DNA of 38,792 nucleotides, from positions 1-38,792 of the IMG/VR virus record IMGVR_UViG_3300037484_001631. The stretch is one strand, 5' to 3'. Under the pieces are notes generated by a model. The model saw only the letters and a program-made list of their open reading frames with translations, had not been told where the DNA came from and did no database searches. The position numbers were made by a program, and so were the translations under genes. The DNA is from a virus (Duplodnaviria; Caudoviricetes). This document shows positions 25,752-34,305 of this stretch, piece by piece; the first letter of the stretch is position 1; each line of letters starts with the position of its first letter.

Positions 25752-26692
25752 TATAAAAACAGCCTTTGTAATTTATTTTTAAAAATTTTCCTTCGGGTAA
25801 GCAACGTAGCAGCATTATATTTTTTTTGAAATTCATTTTTGTTCATCTCTCCTACGTCTTTAAACGGGTGAACATCAATAAAATAGGCATCAACAGAATA
25901 TTCTAAAAATTGCTTACCTATTTCTTCAAACTTGCCAATAGCATCCGCATCACCAGCCAGATAAACGGGCAATCCACTCTTGGCGATTTTTTGAAAAATC
26001 ATATAATCTTTCCTTAAAATACTCCCAAGCAACGGAACTGCGTTCTTTGCTTTCATTGCGTCAAAAAGCCCCTCTACAATTACGACTGGGCTGGCCCAGT
26101 CGACGTTTAGCTCGTTTATGATAATGTCTTTTTTGTACGCCTTTGGTGTTTCTGCGTCAAGATATTTGTACCCGCCCCTTGAATCGTCTATAATGCGCGT
26201 CGTAAAAAAATTCACATCCCCAGACGCATTAAACGACGGCAAAATAATTCTATTTTCATAACGACCAGAAAACGCAATACCAACCTTAAAAAACAAAATA
26301 TCTTCAAACGAAATACCTCTTCCATTAAGATATCTTATAGCACGTTTAGCATACAAACTATCATAGCAATTTACTAACGGTATATATTCTTCAGGCAGGG
26401 AAACTTTAAATTCTTCTTGCTCTTCTTCTTCTCTTTGACGAATATTTTTAGCTTTAAACTTATTCAGATATAAACGAACATCGCGTGATGTTCCTGTTTT
26501 TTTCACTAAAAATAACGCATTTCGTCCTGCTTTTCCGCACACCCAGCAATGCCAATACTGTGTTTTTATATTAATTGTTAGTTTCTTCTTGTGATGGAAG
26601 CAGAAAGGACAGTAGGTTTCTAACTCTTTTGTGTTGTGGTTATATTTACCTCTCCCCAGAGTAGACTGTAAAAATTCAACAAAATCATGCAT
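25751..26692 (-). CDS. DNA primase (Zn finger + TOPRIM)
   Basis: CPFCFHH...HCWVC; RIILPS; VEGLFDA and DAD; KDVGEM. Confidence 0.9.
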   Translation of the reverse strand: MHDFVEFLQSTLGRGKYNHNTKELETYCPFCFHHKKKLTINIKTQYWHCWVCGKAGRNALFLVKKTGTSRDVRLYLNKFKAKNIRQREEEEQEEFKVSLPEEYIPLVNCYDSLYAKRAIRYLNGRGISFEDILFFKVGIAFSGRYENRIILPSFNASGDVNFFTTRIIDDSRGGYKYLDAETPKAYKKDIIINELNVDWASPVVIVEGLFDAMKAKNAVPLLGSILRKDYMIFQKIAKSGLPVYLAGDADAIGKFEEIGKQFLEYSVDAYFIDVHPFKDVGEMNKNEFQKKYNAATLLTRRKIFKNKLQRLFL

Positions 26693-26703
26693 ACTTTACC
26701 TTT

Positions 26704-26904
26704 TTATTTATCGAAATCTTTGATATACTTTGGGCACCAAAATGAATGAGTAGTCGTCTTCCCATATACCTTCTCTGCCCCGCATTCACACTTTACCACA
26801 TCTTCGTCAAGAAAGTCAAGAGTTAATTGCTCATACGAATCATATTCATCCCACGACGCATTCCAGCCAGACGTTGAAATAGTTTTCCTATTATTGTTGA
26901 TCAC
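26704..26904 (-). CDS. Small hypothetical Zn-binding protein
   Basis: CECG...HSFWCP; fills the gap between RuvC and primase; start uncertain. Confidence 0.55.
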   Translation of the reverse strand: MINNNRKTISTSGWNASWDEYDSYEQLTLDFLDEDVVKCECGAEKVYGKTTTHSFWCPKYIKDFDK

Positions 26905-27424
26905 CTAAATACCCTGCGCGAGCTATAACATATGCATCTACTCGATCATAACACCAATCTTTAGGTGTTCCTGTCTTTTTGTACGCCCAAAAGTGCTCTG
27001 GTATAACATTTCTTGATTTAATTTGTTCGAATATATTTTGTTTTATATTTTTCTTCTTGGCACCCTTCAGGCTTATCACTCCAAGCTTCTTGCGGGCGGC
27101 TAGAACGTTTATTAATTTTGGTTCGATCTTCCATTCATTGTAAATTGAATAACATACAGAAGCGTTGAATTTTTGCAGAAGAGCGATCGTGGAAGCCATG
27201 CTTGCTTTCAGCTTGAAATGCAGAAGGGGGGCCTCAATAAAAAATTCAAGCGGAGTTGTTATATCCTCTAATGCGCCCTTAAGAAAGTTTCTTACGGCAT
27301 CTACTTTTTTGTAAAATGATTTTTCCTTTTTTAAATCAACGTGAGAAACAGAATGCACCGTGCCATCAGGAAAAAGAAAACAAATTCCCGTACAACTGGT
27401 ACTAATATCTAATCCTACAATCAT
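26891..27424 (-). CDS. RuvC-like Holliday junction resolvase
   Basis: MIVGLDISTSCTG, FFIEAP, DRVDAYVIA acidic catalytic set; start taken at the second Met. Confidence 0.85.
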   Translation of the reverse strand: MIVGLDISTSCTGICFLFPDGTVHSVSHVDLKKEKSFYKKVDAVRNFLKGALEDITTPLEFFIEAPLLHFKLKASMASTIALLQKFNASVCYSIYNEWKIEPKLINVLAARKKLGVISLKGAKKKNIKQNIFEQIKSRNVIPEHFWAYKKTGTPKDWCYDRVDAYVIARAGYLGDQQ

Positions 27425-27425
27425 A

Positions 27426-28319
27426 TTAATAATCAAGTCGTATTCTAAACATTATATCTTTATCGAAAGTTTTCTTTATCGGCTGCGCAAGCTTAGCTAG
27501 CCCTACAAGTTCGTAATCTTCGTTATATAAACCAATTGCAGTTATATAAGTAGCCTGCGGATTCATTACTATTTCTTTTTCGTTTTTATGTCTAGCGCCA
27601 GAACCTGTCAAAATGTGATAATATGTCGAATTTGTAGAAGCATTTAATTCGCCCGCGGGAGCGCGACAACGGAAAATCTTAACTGGGATTTTGTGCGTAC
27701 CCTTAAATGATGTTTTCCACTTAAAATTGGAAACCGAAGCATTCCCAAACGGTTCATCTGTCGACGCGACGCTGGCACCCTTTAACACTACGAGCCCTTC
27801 GGAATAAAACACGTTGCCAAGCAGAGTCCCAGTAAGCGACCCACTATAAATACCACCACGACCATTATCATACAAAACCCTACTCGCGCCCGTCGAATCT
27901 TCATCGGAAGCAGTAAGCGAGCCCGTTAATACTTCTCTGTCGTAGAAAATCTCTGGTATCGTTATTACCCTAAAATTAACAGTTTCCGAGCCAGTAAAGT
28001 AGGGAGTATAGCTAGCATCCGTTAAACTGTAATAATTATACAGATTTAAAATTGATCTATATAGTTGTTTATTTGTTCCGCCCTCTTGCGCCGTAACAAT
28101 ATCAATCGAGCTACTGAATGGACCGTCTTTTTCTACAAACCCTCCCTCCTTTTCGGAATACCCCTGGAACCTACGGGAGAGGAGGAGATTTGTCAGGTAC
28201 TTTTTTTCCAAAAAGACGCTGCCAGTGACTTCGGAACCATTTAGTTCTACTGTTTGGCGAGGGTACGCAAGAATATGCGTATTAACAATGTCTCCGTCTT
28301 CAAACTCATAAAATGTCAT
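27426..28319 (-). CDS. Putative virion (baseplate/tail) protein
   Basis: GNVFYSEGLVV and C-terminal YITAIGLYN...LVGLAKLAQPIKK...IRLDY; paralog of 30052..31053. Confidence 0.7.
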   Translation of the reverse strand: MTFYEFEDGDIVNTHILAYPRQTVELNGSEVTGSVFLEKKYLTNLLLSRRFQGYSEKEGGFVEKDGPFSSSIDIVTAQEGGTNKQLYRSILNLYNYYSLTDASYTPYFTGSETVNFRVITIPEIFYDREVLTGSLTASDEDSTGASRVLYDNGRGGIYSGSLTGTLLGNVFYSEGLVVLKGASVASTDEPFGNASVSNFKWKTSFKGTHKIPVKIFRCRAPAGELNASTNSTYYHILTGSGARHKNEKEIVMNPQATYITAIGLYNEDYELVGLAKLAQPIKKTFDKDIMFRIRLDY

Positions 28320-28344
28320 AATCTAACTTGTTCATCCGCCAGTA

Positions 28345-30006
28345 TCAAATCAAAGAATATTCCCATAGATAATTACCACAACCGTAAATTCTATACACCT
28401 TATTTTCTATTGCTATCTGCTTTTCGGGTTTTCCGTCTTGTGCTCTAAATTTAAATCTATTATATCTTCTAATTAAATCCGTATAGAAATAATCCAATCC
28501 AGTGTGTCTAAGAAATACAAATCCATATTTCTTATACGTTTTGCCCGTGGAATAGCGACAATCAGAGTAGGTAATTATCTTTTCGTATCCATTACTTTTT
28601 GCCCACAAGATTATGTATTTCATCAGCTTCGAAAAGCCGCCTCGGACATTGCAGTTAACGCTGGAAGCCACTCTGGCGATCTCCAGAGCCCCAGCTTTTT
28701 TTCTAGTGAAGGGCTTTCGTAGTGATATTATCATCACTACTTCGTCATTGAACACTAAAGAAAAGCTCTTAATGGATCTAGTATAACCTTGCAGGTGATT
28801 AGTATCAAAGAAGTATTTTTCTTCTTGGTGATCTTCTACAACCTGACAACTTCTTGCATTTATTTTGCTAAGTGTAACGCCTAAAGAATTTTTAATTATT
28901 GATTTGCAAATTTCTTTTTTTTCTCTCCACTCATCTTCGAAAAATTGTAATAATTTTATATTTTTCTCTTCACTGGCTTTAAATTTCTCATAGTGCAAAC
29001 TTGGGTTGAATAAGTTTTTATTAGCGAGGCTGTGCCAAAATAGTCCATGATACTCAATTCCTACAGATTTCTCTGGGATGAAGATATCGATTTCTTTTGG
29101 GGGTATTCGCTTTCTGGTATTACTCTCTACGACTACATTTTGCTCGGAAACGAAACTTGCGATTTCACCTTCCGCAACGCTAGTGCCATTAATCTTACAT
29201 CTTGGGCACTGGTGTGATTCGCTTTGCTGGAGATTAAAGATGCAAGTGTTAAAAGATATGTCATGCTTTATACAATTAAATTGTAAATTTTGTCTGCAGT
29301 CCTCATAGGTAGAATATAAAAAATCAGGTACATACCCTTTAGAACTTGCAATACGACATATGTCCTCAAATGATGTTTTTTTTGTGTCGCTAACCTTTTG
29401 CGCAACTTCCTTATTTTGTGTAGGGTACTCAGTACCATATTTCTCAACGTTGGTATGTTTTATTCTGTCCTGTACAATGGGAGAAGAAAAAACATTTTCG
29501 TATCCATATTTCTCAACGTTGGTGTGTTTTGTTTTATTTTGAACTTCACTATTTTGTGTAGGATATTTCGAGCCATATTTTTGAATGTTTGTTTTGTTTA
29601 TTTTATCTTGTATTTCTTTGTTCTGGCATGGTACAGGTGATCCGTATTTTTGAATGTTTGTTTGCTTAATTTTATTTCTAACGGCGGCAGATGCAGCGGG
29701 CGACGGGCCACCATACTTATTTTTACACGTTTTCTTCCTTTTTGTGTTGATCTCTTCCGTATAAAGATACTTCTTCTCTCGCAAGAAATGACCCTGGCAA
29801 TATGCCTTAAATGATCCCCTAAAATAATTAACTCGGTTTTCGCAGCCACAGGAGCACAAAGGAACGAGGCCATTATACACATATTTTACTAAATAATTCT
29901 CATGAGTAATGGTATGGGCACGCCGCAGATGAGTTATCAAGCTCAATAAAGAAGAGCACACTCTTCCGCAAATTATGCAGGAATCCACGTATGAATCATA
30001 TGACAT
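28345..30006 (-). CDS. Hef-like free-standing endonuclease: C2H2 finger, KYG repeats, PD-(D/E)XK nuclease, C-terminal Mom/GNAT-like domain
   Basis: CIIC..HLRRAH, CSCGC, five KYG repeats, EIDIFIPEKSVGIEYHGLFWHS, HLQG...EIAR...GGFSKL...TYSDCRYSTGKTYKKYGF. Confidence 0.75.
   Translation of the reverse strand: MSYDSYVDSCIICGRVCSSLLSLITHLRRAHTITHENYLVKYVYNGLVPLCSCGCENRVNYFRGSFKAYCQGHFLREKKYLYTEEINTKRKKTCKNKYGGPSPAASAAVRNKIKQTNIQKYGSPVPCQNKEIQDKINKTNIQKYGSKYPTQNSEVQNKTKHTNVEKYGYENVFSSPIVQDRIKHTNVEKYGTEYPTQNKEVAQKVSDTKKTSFEDICRIASSKGYVPDFLYSTYEDCRQNLQFNCIKHDISFNTCIFNLQQSESHQCPRCKINGTSVAEGEIASFVSEQNVVVESNTRKRIPPKEIDIFIPEKSVGIEYHGLFWHSLANKNLFNPSLHYEKFKASEEKNIKLLQFFEDEWREKKEICKSIIKNSLGVTLSKINARSCQVVEDHQEEKYFFDTNHLQGYTRSIKSFSLVFNDEVVMIISLRKPFTRKKAGALEIARVASSVNCNVRGGFSKLMKYIILWAKSNGYEKIITYSDCRYSTGKTYKKYGFVFLRHTGLDYFYTDLIRRYNRFKFRAQDGKPEKQIAIENKVYRIYGCGNYLWEYSLI
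29375..29735 (-). repeat. Five in-frame 69-bp (23-aa) KYG tandem repeats
   Basis: cc(a/g)ta core recurs at 29435, 29504, 29573, 29642 and 29711; ccatatttctcaacgttggt is identical at 29435 and 29504. Confidence 0.9.
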
Positions 30007-30023
30007 AACCAGCGAAAAGTAAA
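29995..30023 (-). promoter_or_regulatory. Possible sigma70-type promoter for the second endonuclease
   Basis: Minus strand TTTACT-17 nt-TATGAT; overlaps ATG 30006, with an in-frame GTG at 29988 at the expected +1. Confidence 0.4.
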
Positions 30024-30051
30024 GAGAAAAAAAGTTCCCAAAAAGGTAAGA

Positions 30052-31053
30052 TTAGTATGAGAGACGGATTCTAAAAATTAATTCGTTATCAGGGCTTTTC
30101 TTTACTGGCTCTGAGGTTTTAGCCACGGCAAGAAGGTTATTGTTAATATCATATAGACCTACAGTAGTAATGTACGTTCTTGTTTGATTATCACTTCCCG
30201 AAGTTGGTATGATTCTTCCGTCGCCATCAATAAATGTAGGATTGGTAGAATAATTGAAATCAGAATTCAGCGCCCTACAAAAATATATTGTAGAGTGTAA
30301 ATTTGTTTGATTGTGGAATTGAATTGCGCTTATGCGGTTCTTCAGCCCATAAACAAAGTGATCCAGGTTTCCGCTGACAGCAACCTGATCTAGACTTAGA
30401 GAGCCCGACCACGCAGGACTATCAGCCACTCCCGCTGGTACGTGCGCGCCTGATGCATACGCAACTATGCCAACATTATAATATACTTTTCCAATTTTCG
30501 CAGAACCACTAAATAGATCCGCTTCGTCGCCCGAAGGACCCACACTAAATGTACTTGCGGCGCCAGCGTCAGTCAAACTTAAAGTATTCACAGAATCAGT
30601 GCCAGTCATTTGCATGACAAGCGTAGTATTTCCTTTTTGAATTTCGTCCTTAAAAATCCGACGCTTCGCAAGAAGAAATACCAATTCATGATATGTTGCA
30701 CCGCCGAATTGAAAAAGACTGTCCTCGTTGCCAAGAAGAAGTTTAGCCATCTGTTTATAAATCCTTCCCTTTTCATTCAGTAGAAAAGATTCACTATATC
30801 CATTTAGTAAAGATGCCGAACTAATCCCCCAGGTTAGGTCCATTAAGGCAGAGGAAGAAACGGAGGTCGGTGCGCCATCGAATACCGTAGCAAAGAAACC
30901 GCCCGAAACAACAGACCCAGATGTAATATTTAAATAATATTTAGTATAGTAATCTGTGTTACTAAACAAACTTCCTGTTATTGATATTACCTCGTTGATG
31001 GCTGAAAGCTGAGAAGAAATATCTGTAGATTGATCAAATTCTCGAAATCCCAT
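30052..31053 (-). CDS. Putative virion (baseplate/tail) protein
   Basis: YFCRA...FNYSTNPTF and C-terminal YITTVGLYD.NNNLLAVAK.SEPVKK...IRLSY. Confidence 0.7.
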   Translation of the reverse strand: MGFREFDQSTDISSQLSAINEVISITGSLFSNTDYYTKYYLNITSGSVVSGGFFATVFDGAPTSVSSSALMDLTWGISSASLLNGYSESFLLNEKGRIYKQMAKLLLGNEDSLFQFGGATYHELVFLLAKRRIFKDEIQKGNTTLVMQMTGTDSVNTLSLTDAGAASTFSVGPSGDEADLFSGSAKIGKVYYNVGIVAYASGAHVPAGVADSPAWSGSLSLDQVAVSGNLDHFVYGLKNRISAIQFHNQTNLHSTIYFCRALNSDFNYSTNPTFIDGDGRIIPTSGSDNQTRTYITTVGLYDINNNLLAVAKTSEPVKKSPDNELIFRIRLSY

Positions 31054-31065
31054 TTTTTATACTAT

Positions 31066-31084
31066 ATCGAAGACTGTCTTCGAT
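31066..31084. promoter_or_regulatory. Perfect 9-bp inverted repeat between AGGAGG and start codon
   Basis: ATCGAAGAC-T-GTCTTCGAT; minus-strand AGGAGG at 31085-31090, ATG at 31053. Confidence 0.6.
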
Positions 31085-31105
31085 CCTCCTATCCTTATAC
31101 TTTAA

Positions 31106-31807
31106 TTATCTCGTAAATTCTTCACTAATTGTAACAGTAACTTCACCAGACAAGCCAGATAAGGCTCCTTGACATTTTATAATGGTAGTTATGGTTCGAG
31201 ATCCTGTTGTCCCAACGCCAAGTGTAGACCAAACATCGCTAGACAAAGCCTGCACTGCAACATTGAATGATACTTGAGCGCCTTGGCCCGATCCAATAGC
31301 GGTTCGCTGAATGATATATTGACTCGTGCCAGCTGGAGAAATGTTGGTTGGAGTTTGTTTTTCTATAAACAATAGATCGTTATTAAGCTGTATCATAAAA
31401 GAACTATCTACGATTTCAGAAGGAACAGTACGACCCGAGTACATAGTTTGTTTAAACTCTACGGCCTTACCAACTTGAGCATCGTTGCGCTCGCCGAGCG
31501 TTAGTGATGTAATATTTGATGTTAATTTAGGCAAAAACTTCAAATCTGGGTTAGATATCGACAGTAATTGATGTTTTAGCGCGGTCTTTTCGTTTACGCT
31601 TGCTTCAAAAATAGGAATATTCAAAATTGAAATATCCTGTTGTAATGACCCCGTGTTCGCGTTGAAAAGAGCATAATCTACCTCATCATCGCCAAAAGCG
31701 TAGCGAACGATCTCAAAACTTCCATCGCTTCTGGCTAACTGCTCGCGGCCGATATCGGTCAAAACCGAATCAATCAAAATATCTCCACTGTTGTCTAGTA
31801 GTCCCAT
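31106..31807 (-). CDS. Putative virion structural protein
   Basis: N-terminal GLLDN....IDSVLTDIGREQLA....F.....AFGDDEVDY motif shared with the last gene of the window; GAGGT RBS. Confidence 0.7.
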   Translation of the reverse strand: MGLLDNSGDILIDSVLTDIGREQLARSDGSFEIVRYAFGDDEVDYALFNANTGSLQQDISILNIPIFEASVNEKTALKHQLLSISNPDLKFLPKLTSNITSLTLGERNDAQVGKAVEFKQTMYSGRTVPSEIVDSSFMIQLNNDLLFIEKQTPTNISPAGTSQYIIQRTAIGSGQGAQVSFNVAVQALSSDVWSTLGVGTTGSRTITTIIKCQGALSGLSGEVTVTISEEFTR

Positions 31808-31959
31808 AAGTTTAACCTCTTAACTGTTCATATCGTATATTTTTAGTTTCTTACTTCAGTTCTTGCTTTGCCGCAAAATCATTACATATCTTTTTTATTT
31901 CTCATATAAATAGAAACACCACCAAAAAAACTATCGATAATGTCGCTACGTCCATTGTA

Positions 31960-33414
31960 TCACAAATCTTTGTCCTTGTTTAGGTTTATATTTTTCAACA
32001 CAACATTAACTTCGACGACATCGTGAGTATCTAGTGATTTTATTTTAATCAAAAGATTTTTTTCCGAGTCCAGTTTTGTGTCTGGGGAAATTGTGATACT
32101 TTTTTTAGCAATTATTTGTTCACTTCTGTTGTAAAACTTCTTTACAACAGAAGAAACTTCATCAATTCTTGTCCCGCTGCCGCCCATCCATTTTAACGGT
32201 TTTTCTGCTTTATCTATGTCATAACTGGAATTAAGCTCTGCGCCTGTTTGTATGGACAAAAAAGATTCAATTCCATGAATATCCACGCAAGATAACGCAT
32301 ATATATACATTTCTCCAAATTTTACATTACGATCTGTATACAAATTTGTATTAACTGGTATGTGAGAATCGTTTTCATCCACTTCGTCGACGACGCCATT
32401 CATATCTACATCAATTTCTCTAGTTTTTGTAATCAGAGCCCACGGATTACCAATCTTTTTTCTCTTGTATATTTTAAAATATTTTATGTCTCGCTGAGAA
32501 TTGGCGGGCGGCAGCCACGAAATTGCGATTTCTTTTTTCGTACTATTTGGAACCACCGAAATAGTTTGAGGGGGAGGGGGGGGAGTTTTATCTACAACAT
32601 CAATATATATCCAATTTTTACTGGGGTTGGATTCAAAATAATACGAATAATATCCTTTTTTTGTTAATTTTGTTTTTTGCAAGCTTTTATTAATTTCTTG
32701 TTGCAGCGCAGAATCTGAAAGATTACCCTTTATTGTTCCAGCGGTTGTTGCAAGGTTTTTTTCTGCCCTTAAATTGAAAGATACAAGAGGGGAAGATTGC
32801 ACAATAGAAGTAGAAGATTTTGTCGCTACAAAATCGACACCATCAATAAGGGCGATAGATTTGGTTTTTTCGCCAGAAGAAGTTTTACTGGACAATCCAA
32901 GATTTGTAAACTTGCCCAAATCAGATAAAATAGGTGTATTTTCAACTAAAGAGTCTTGTATTTTTTGTGATTCAAAATCTTTTATATTTTGAACGGCATC
33001 GAATATAGATAAATCATTTTTTTCTTCTTGCTTGGTAAGTTTTAATATAGATTTTATTCTATAGCGATAAAAATTTCCATAAACAATTCTTGTGTCAACA
33101 AAGCTATTAGCGTCAGACCCTATAATTTTATATTCGTCAATTCTAACCCACTGCCCAGTACTTTGATCTAATCTTTCTTTCTCTATCACGTAGCCAATAT
33201 AATCAACACCAGAAAATTCAGGAAGAGAGCGAAATGACTGCGGAGTGCCCCTTTGAATTTTTACATCCGACAATATTTTAGACATTTGTAATACATTTTG
33301 TTTGTCTGGGGTGGTGGATTCGGGCGACAGGGGAGCGGAAAATGCCTTCGACAGCCCTCTGTTTGTAAAATTAACCCTTACAAAATTTTTACTATTTGAT
33401 GATTTAGTACTCAT
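31960..33414 (-). CDS. Fibronectin type III/Ig-like domain protein, putative virion protein
   Basis: DKTPPPPPQTI...ISWLPP...YFKIYKR...YTDRNV..G..YIYALSCVD.HG.ES. Confidence 0.75.
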   Translation of the reverse strand: MSTKSSNSKNFVRVNFTNRGLSKAFSAPLSPESTTPDKQNVLQMSKILSDVKIQRGTPQSFRSLPEFSGVDYIGYVIEKERLDQSTGQWVRIDEYKIIGSDANSFVDTRIVYGNFYRYRIKSILKLTKQEEKNDLSIFDAVQNIKDFESQKIQDSLVENTPILSDLGKFTNLGLSSKTSSGEKTKSIALIDGVDFVATKSSTSIVQSSPLVSFNLRAEKNLATTAGTIKGNLSDSALQQEINKSLQKTKLTKKGYYSYYFESNPSKNWIYIDVVDKTPPPPPQTISVVPNSTKKEIAISWLPPANSQRDIKYFKIYKRKKIGNPWALITKTREIDVDMNGVVDEVDENDSHIPVNTNLYTDRNVKFGEMYIYALSCVDIHGIESFLSIQTGAELNSSYDIDKAEKPLKWMGGSGTRIDEVSSVVKKFYNRSEQIIAKKSITISPDTKLDSEKNLLIKIKSLDTHDVVEVNVVLKNINLNKDKDL

Positions 33415-33415
33415 T

Positions 33416-34303
33416 TTACTTTTTCTTCAAAATAGATAGTGTATTAATTGTATTTTGTTTTTTTTCTACATTAAAAACAGCGTTTATTGTATTTGAAAAA
33501 ACAGACTTATTAGATGTGGCGGCTATAGCTTCATCTAGTTTATGTACATCCATCAATTCAGTTTTAGTCCCGTCATGAATTATTAAATTCGTCTTTTTCT
33601 TGGATTTCTCAAAAGAATTCTTAAAGCTAAAAGAGTTTAAACTAGCAACACCTTTTTTCTTCCCGAAATTTTCTTTTTTAAACGTCCTTTCTTCTACTAA
33701 AGATTCCTTGTCGGCAACAACGGTCTCTGTCGTAAAAACAGGAATCCATTGTAATTTAACATATCTTGGCACATTATTTAAATCAGATCGTAATAATGGA
33801 TCTTGAGATTGATCTTCTTGCGACGTGGTGTCAGATTCTTCTGGTATGAAGAAGTTATAAACAAATGAACTTTCCACCATTTCTACTTCTTTTATGTTAT
33901 TAAACTCTACCTCTTCCGAATATTGAGATTTTAAAGTAATCATGAGGTCTATTTTTTGAGATTCCTCTAGTGCCTGTTTTATTTCACTTGCAGGTTTTAT
34001 AAAACTTCCAAGAATTACAGCATGAGAAGGGCTCGGCGACGATACAGAATCAGAAGAAATATAGGCAACAGACTCTTTTCCTGAAAGGGCAGCGCCGATA
34101 ATTTTTGTGTTGTTTTGTTCCGTAGGTGAAGTCTTGCTAGATTCCTCTGTGACTATCCTAACTACAATATCTTGAGGGGATATAGAATTAAACCCTGTAG
34201 ATTTATCAGAAGAAACCGTTCCTATATCTTTTTTGTCAATAAAAGATATTAATTGACCGTAAGTCTGAGTTGTCCCTTCTTTTTTTGGTGATATATTTGC
34301 CAT
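33416..34303 (-). CDS. Hypothetical protein, putative virion protein
   Basis: 295-aa ORF tiling the operon; FVYNFF.PEE...VPRYVKLQW. Confidence 0.7.
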   Translation of the reverse strand: MANISPKKEGTTQTYGQLISFIDKKDIGTVSSDKSTGFNSISPQDIVVRIVTEESSKTSPTEQNNTKIIGAALSGKESVAYISSDSVSSPSPSHAVILGSFIKPASEIKQALEESQKIDLMITLKSQYSEEVEFNNIKEVEMVESSFVYNFFIPEESDTTSQEDQSQDPLLRSDLNNVPRYVKLQWIPVFTTETVVADKESLVEERTFKKENFGKKKGVASLNSFSFKNSFEKSKKKTNLIIHDGTKTELMDVHKLDEAIAATSNKSVFSNTINAVFNVEKKQNTINTLSILKKK

Positions 34304-34305
34304 TT

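Noticed and set aside
29375-29735. 69-bp periodic repeats as a CRISPR array
   Set aside because: The repeats are degenerate, in frame and encode KYG protein repeats; there is no constant repeat/unique spacer structure and no cas genes.
31066-31084. Hairpin as an intrinsic terminator
   Set aside because: No U-tract follows it on the coding strand, and it sits between an SD and a start codon.
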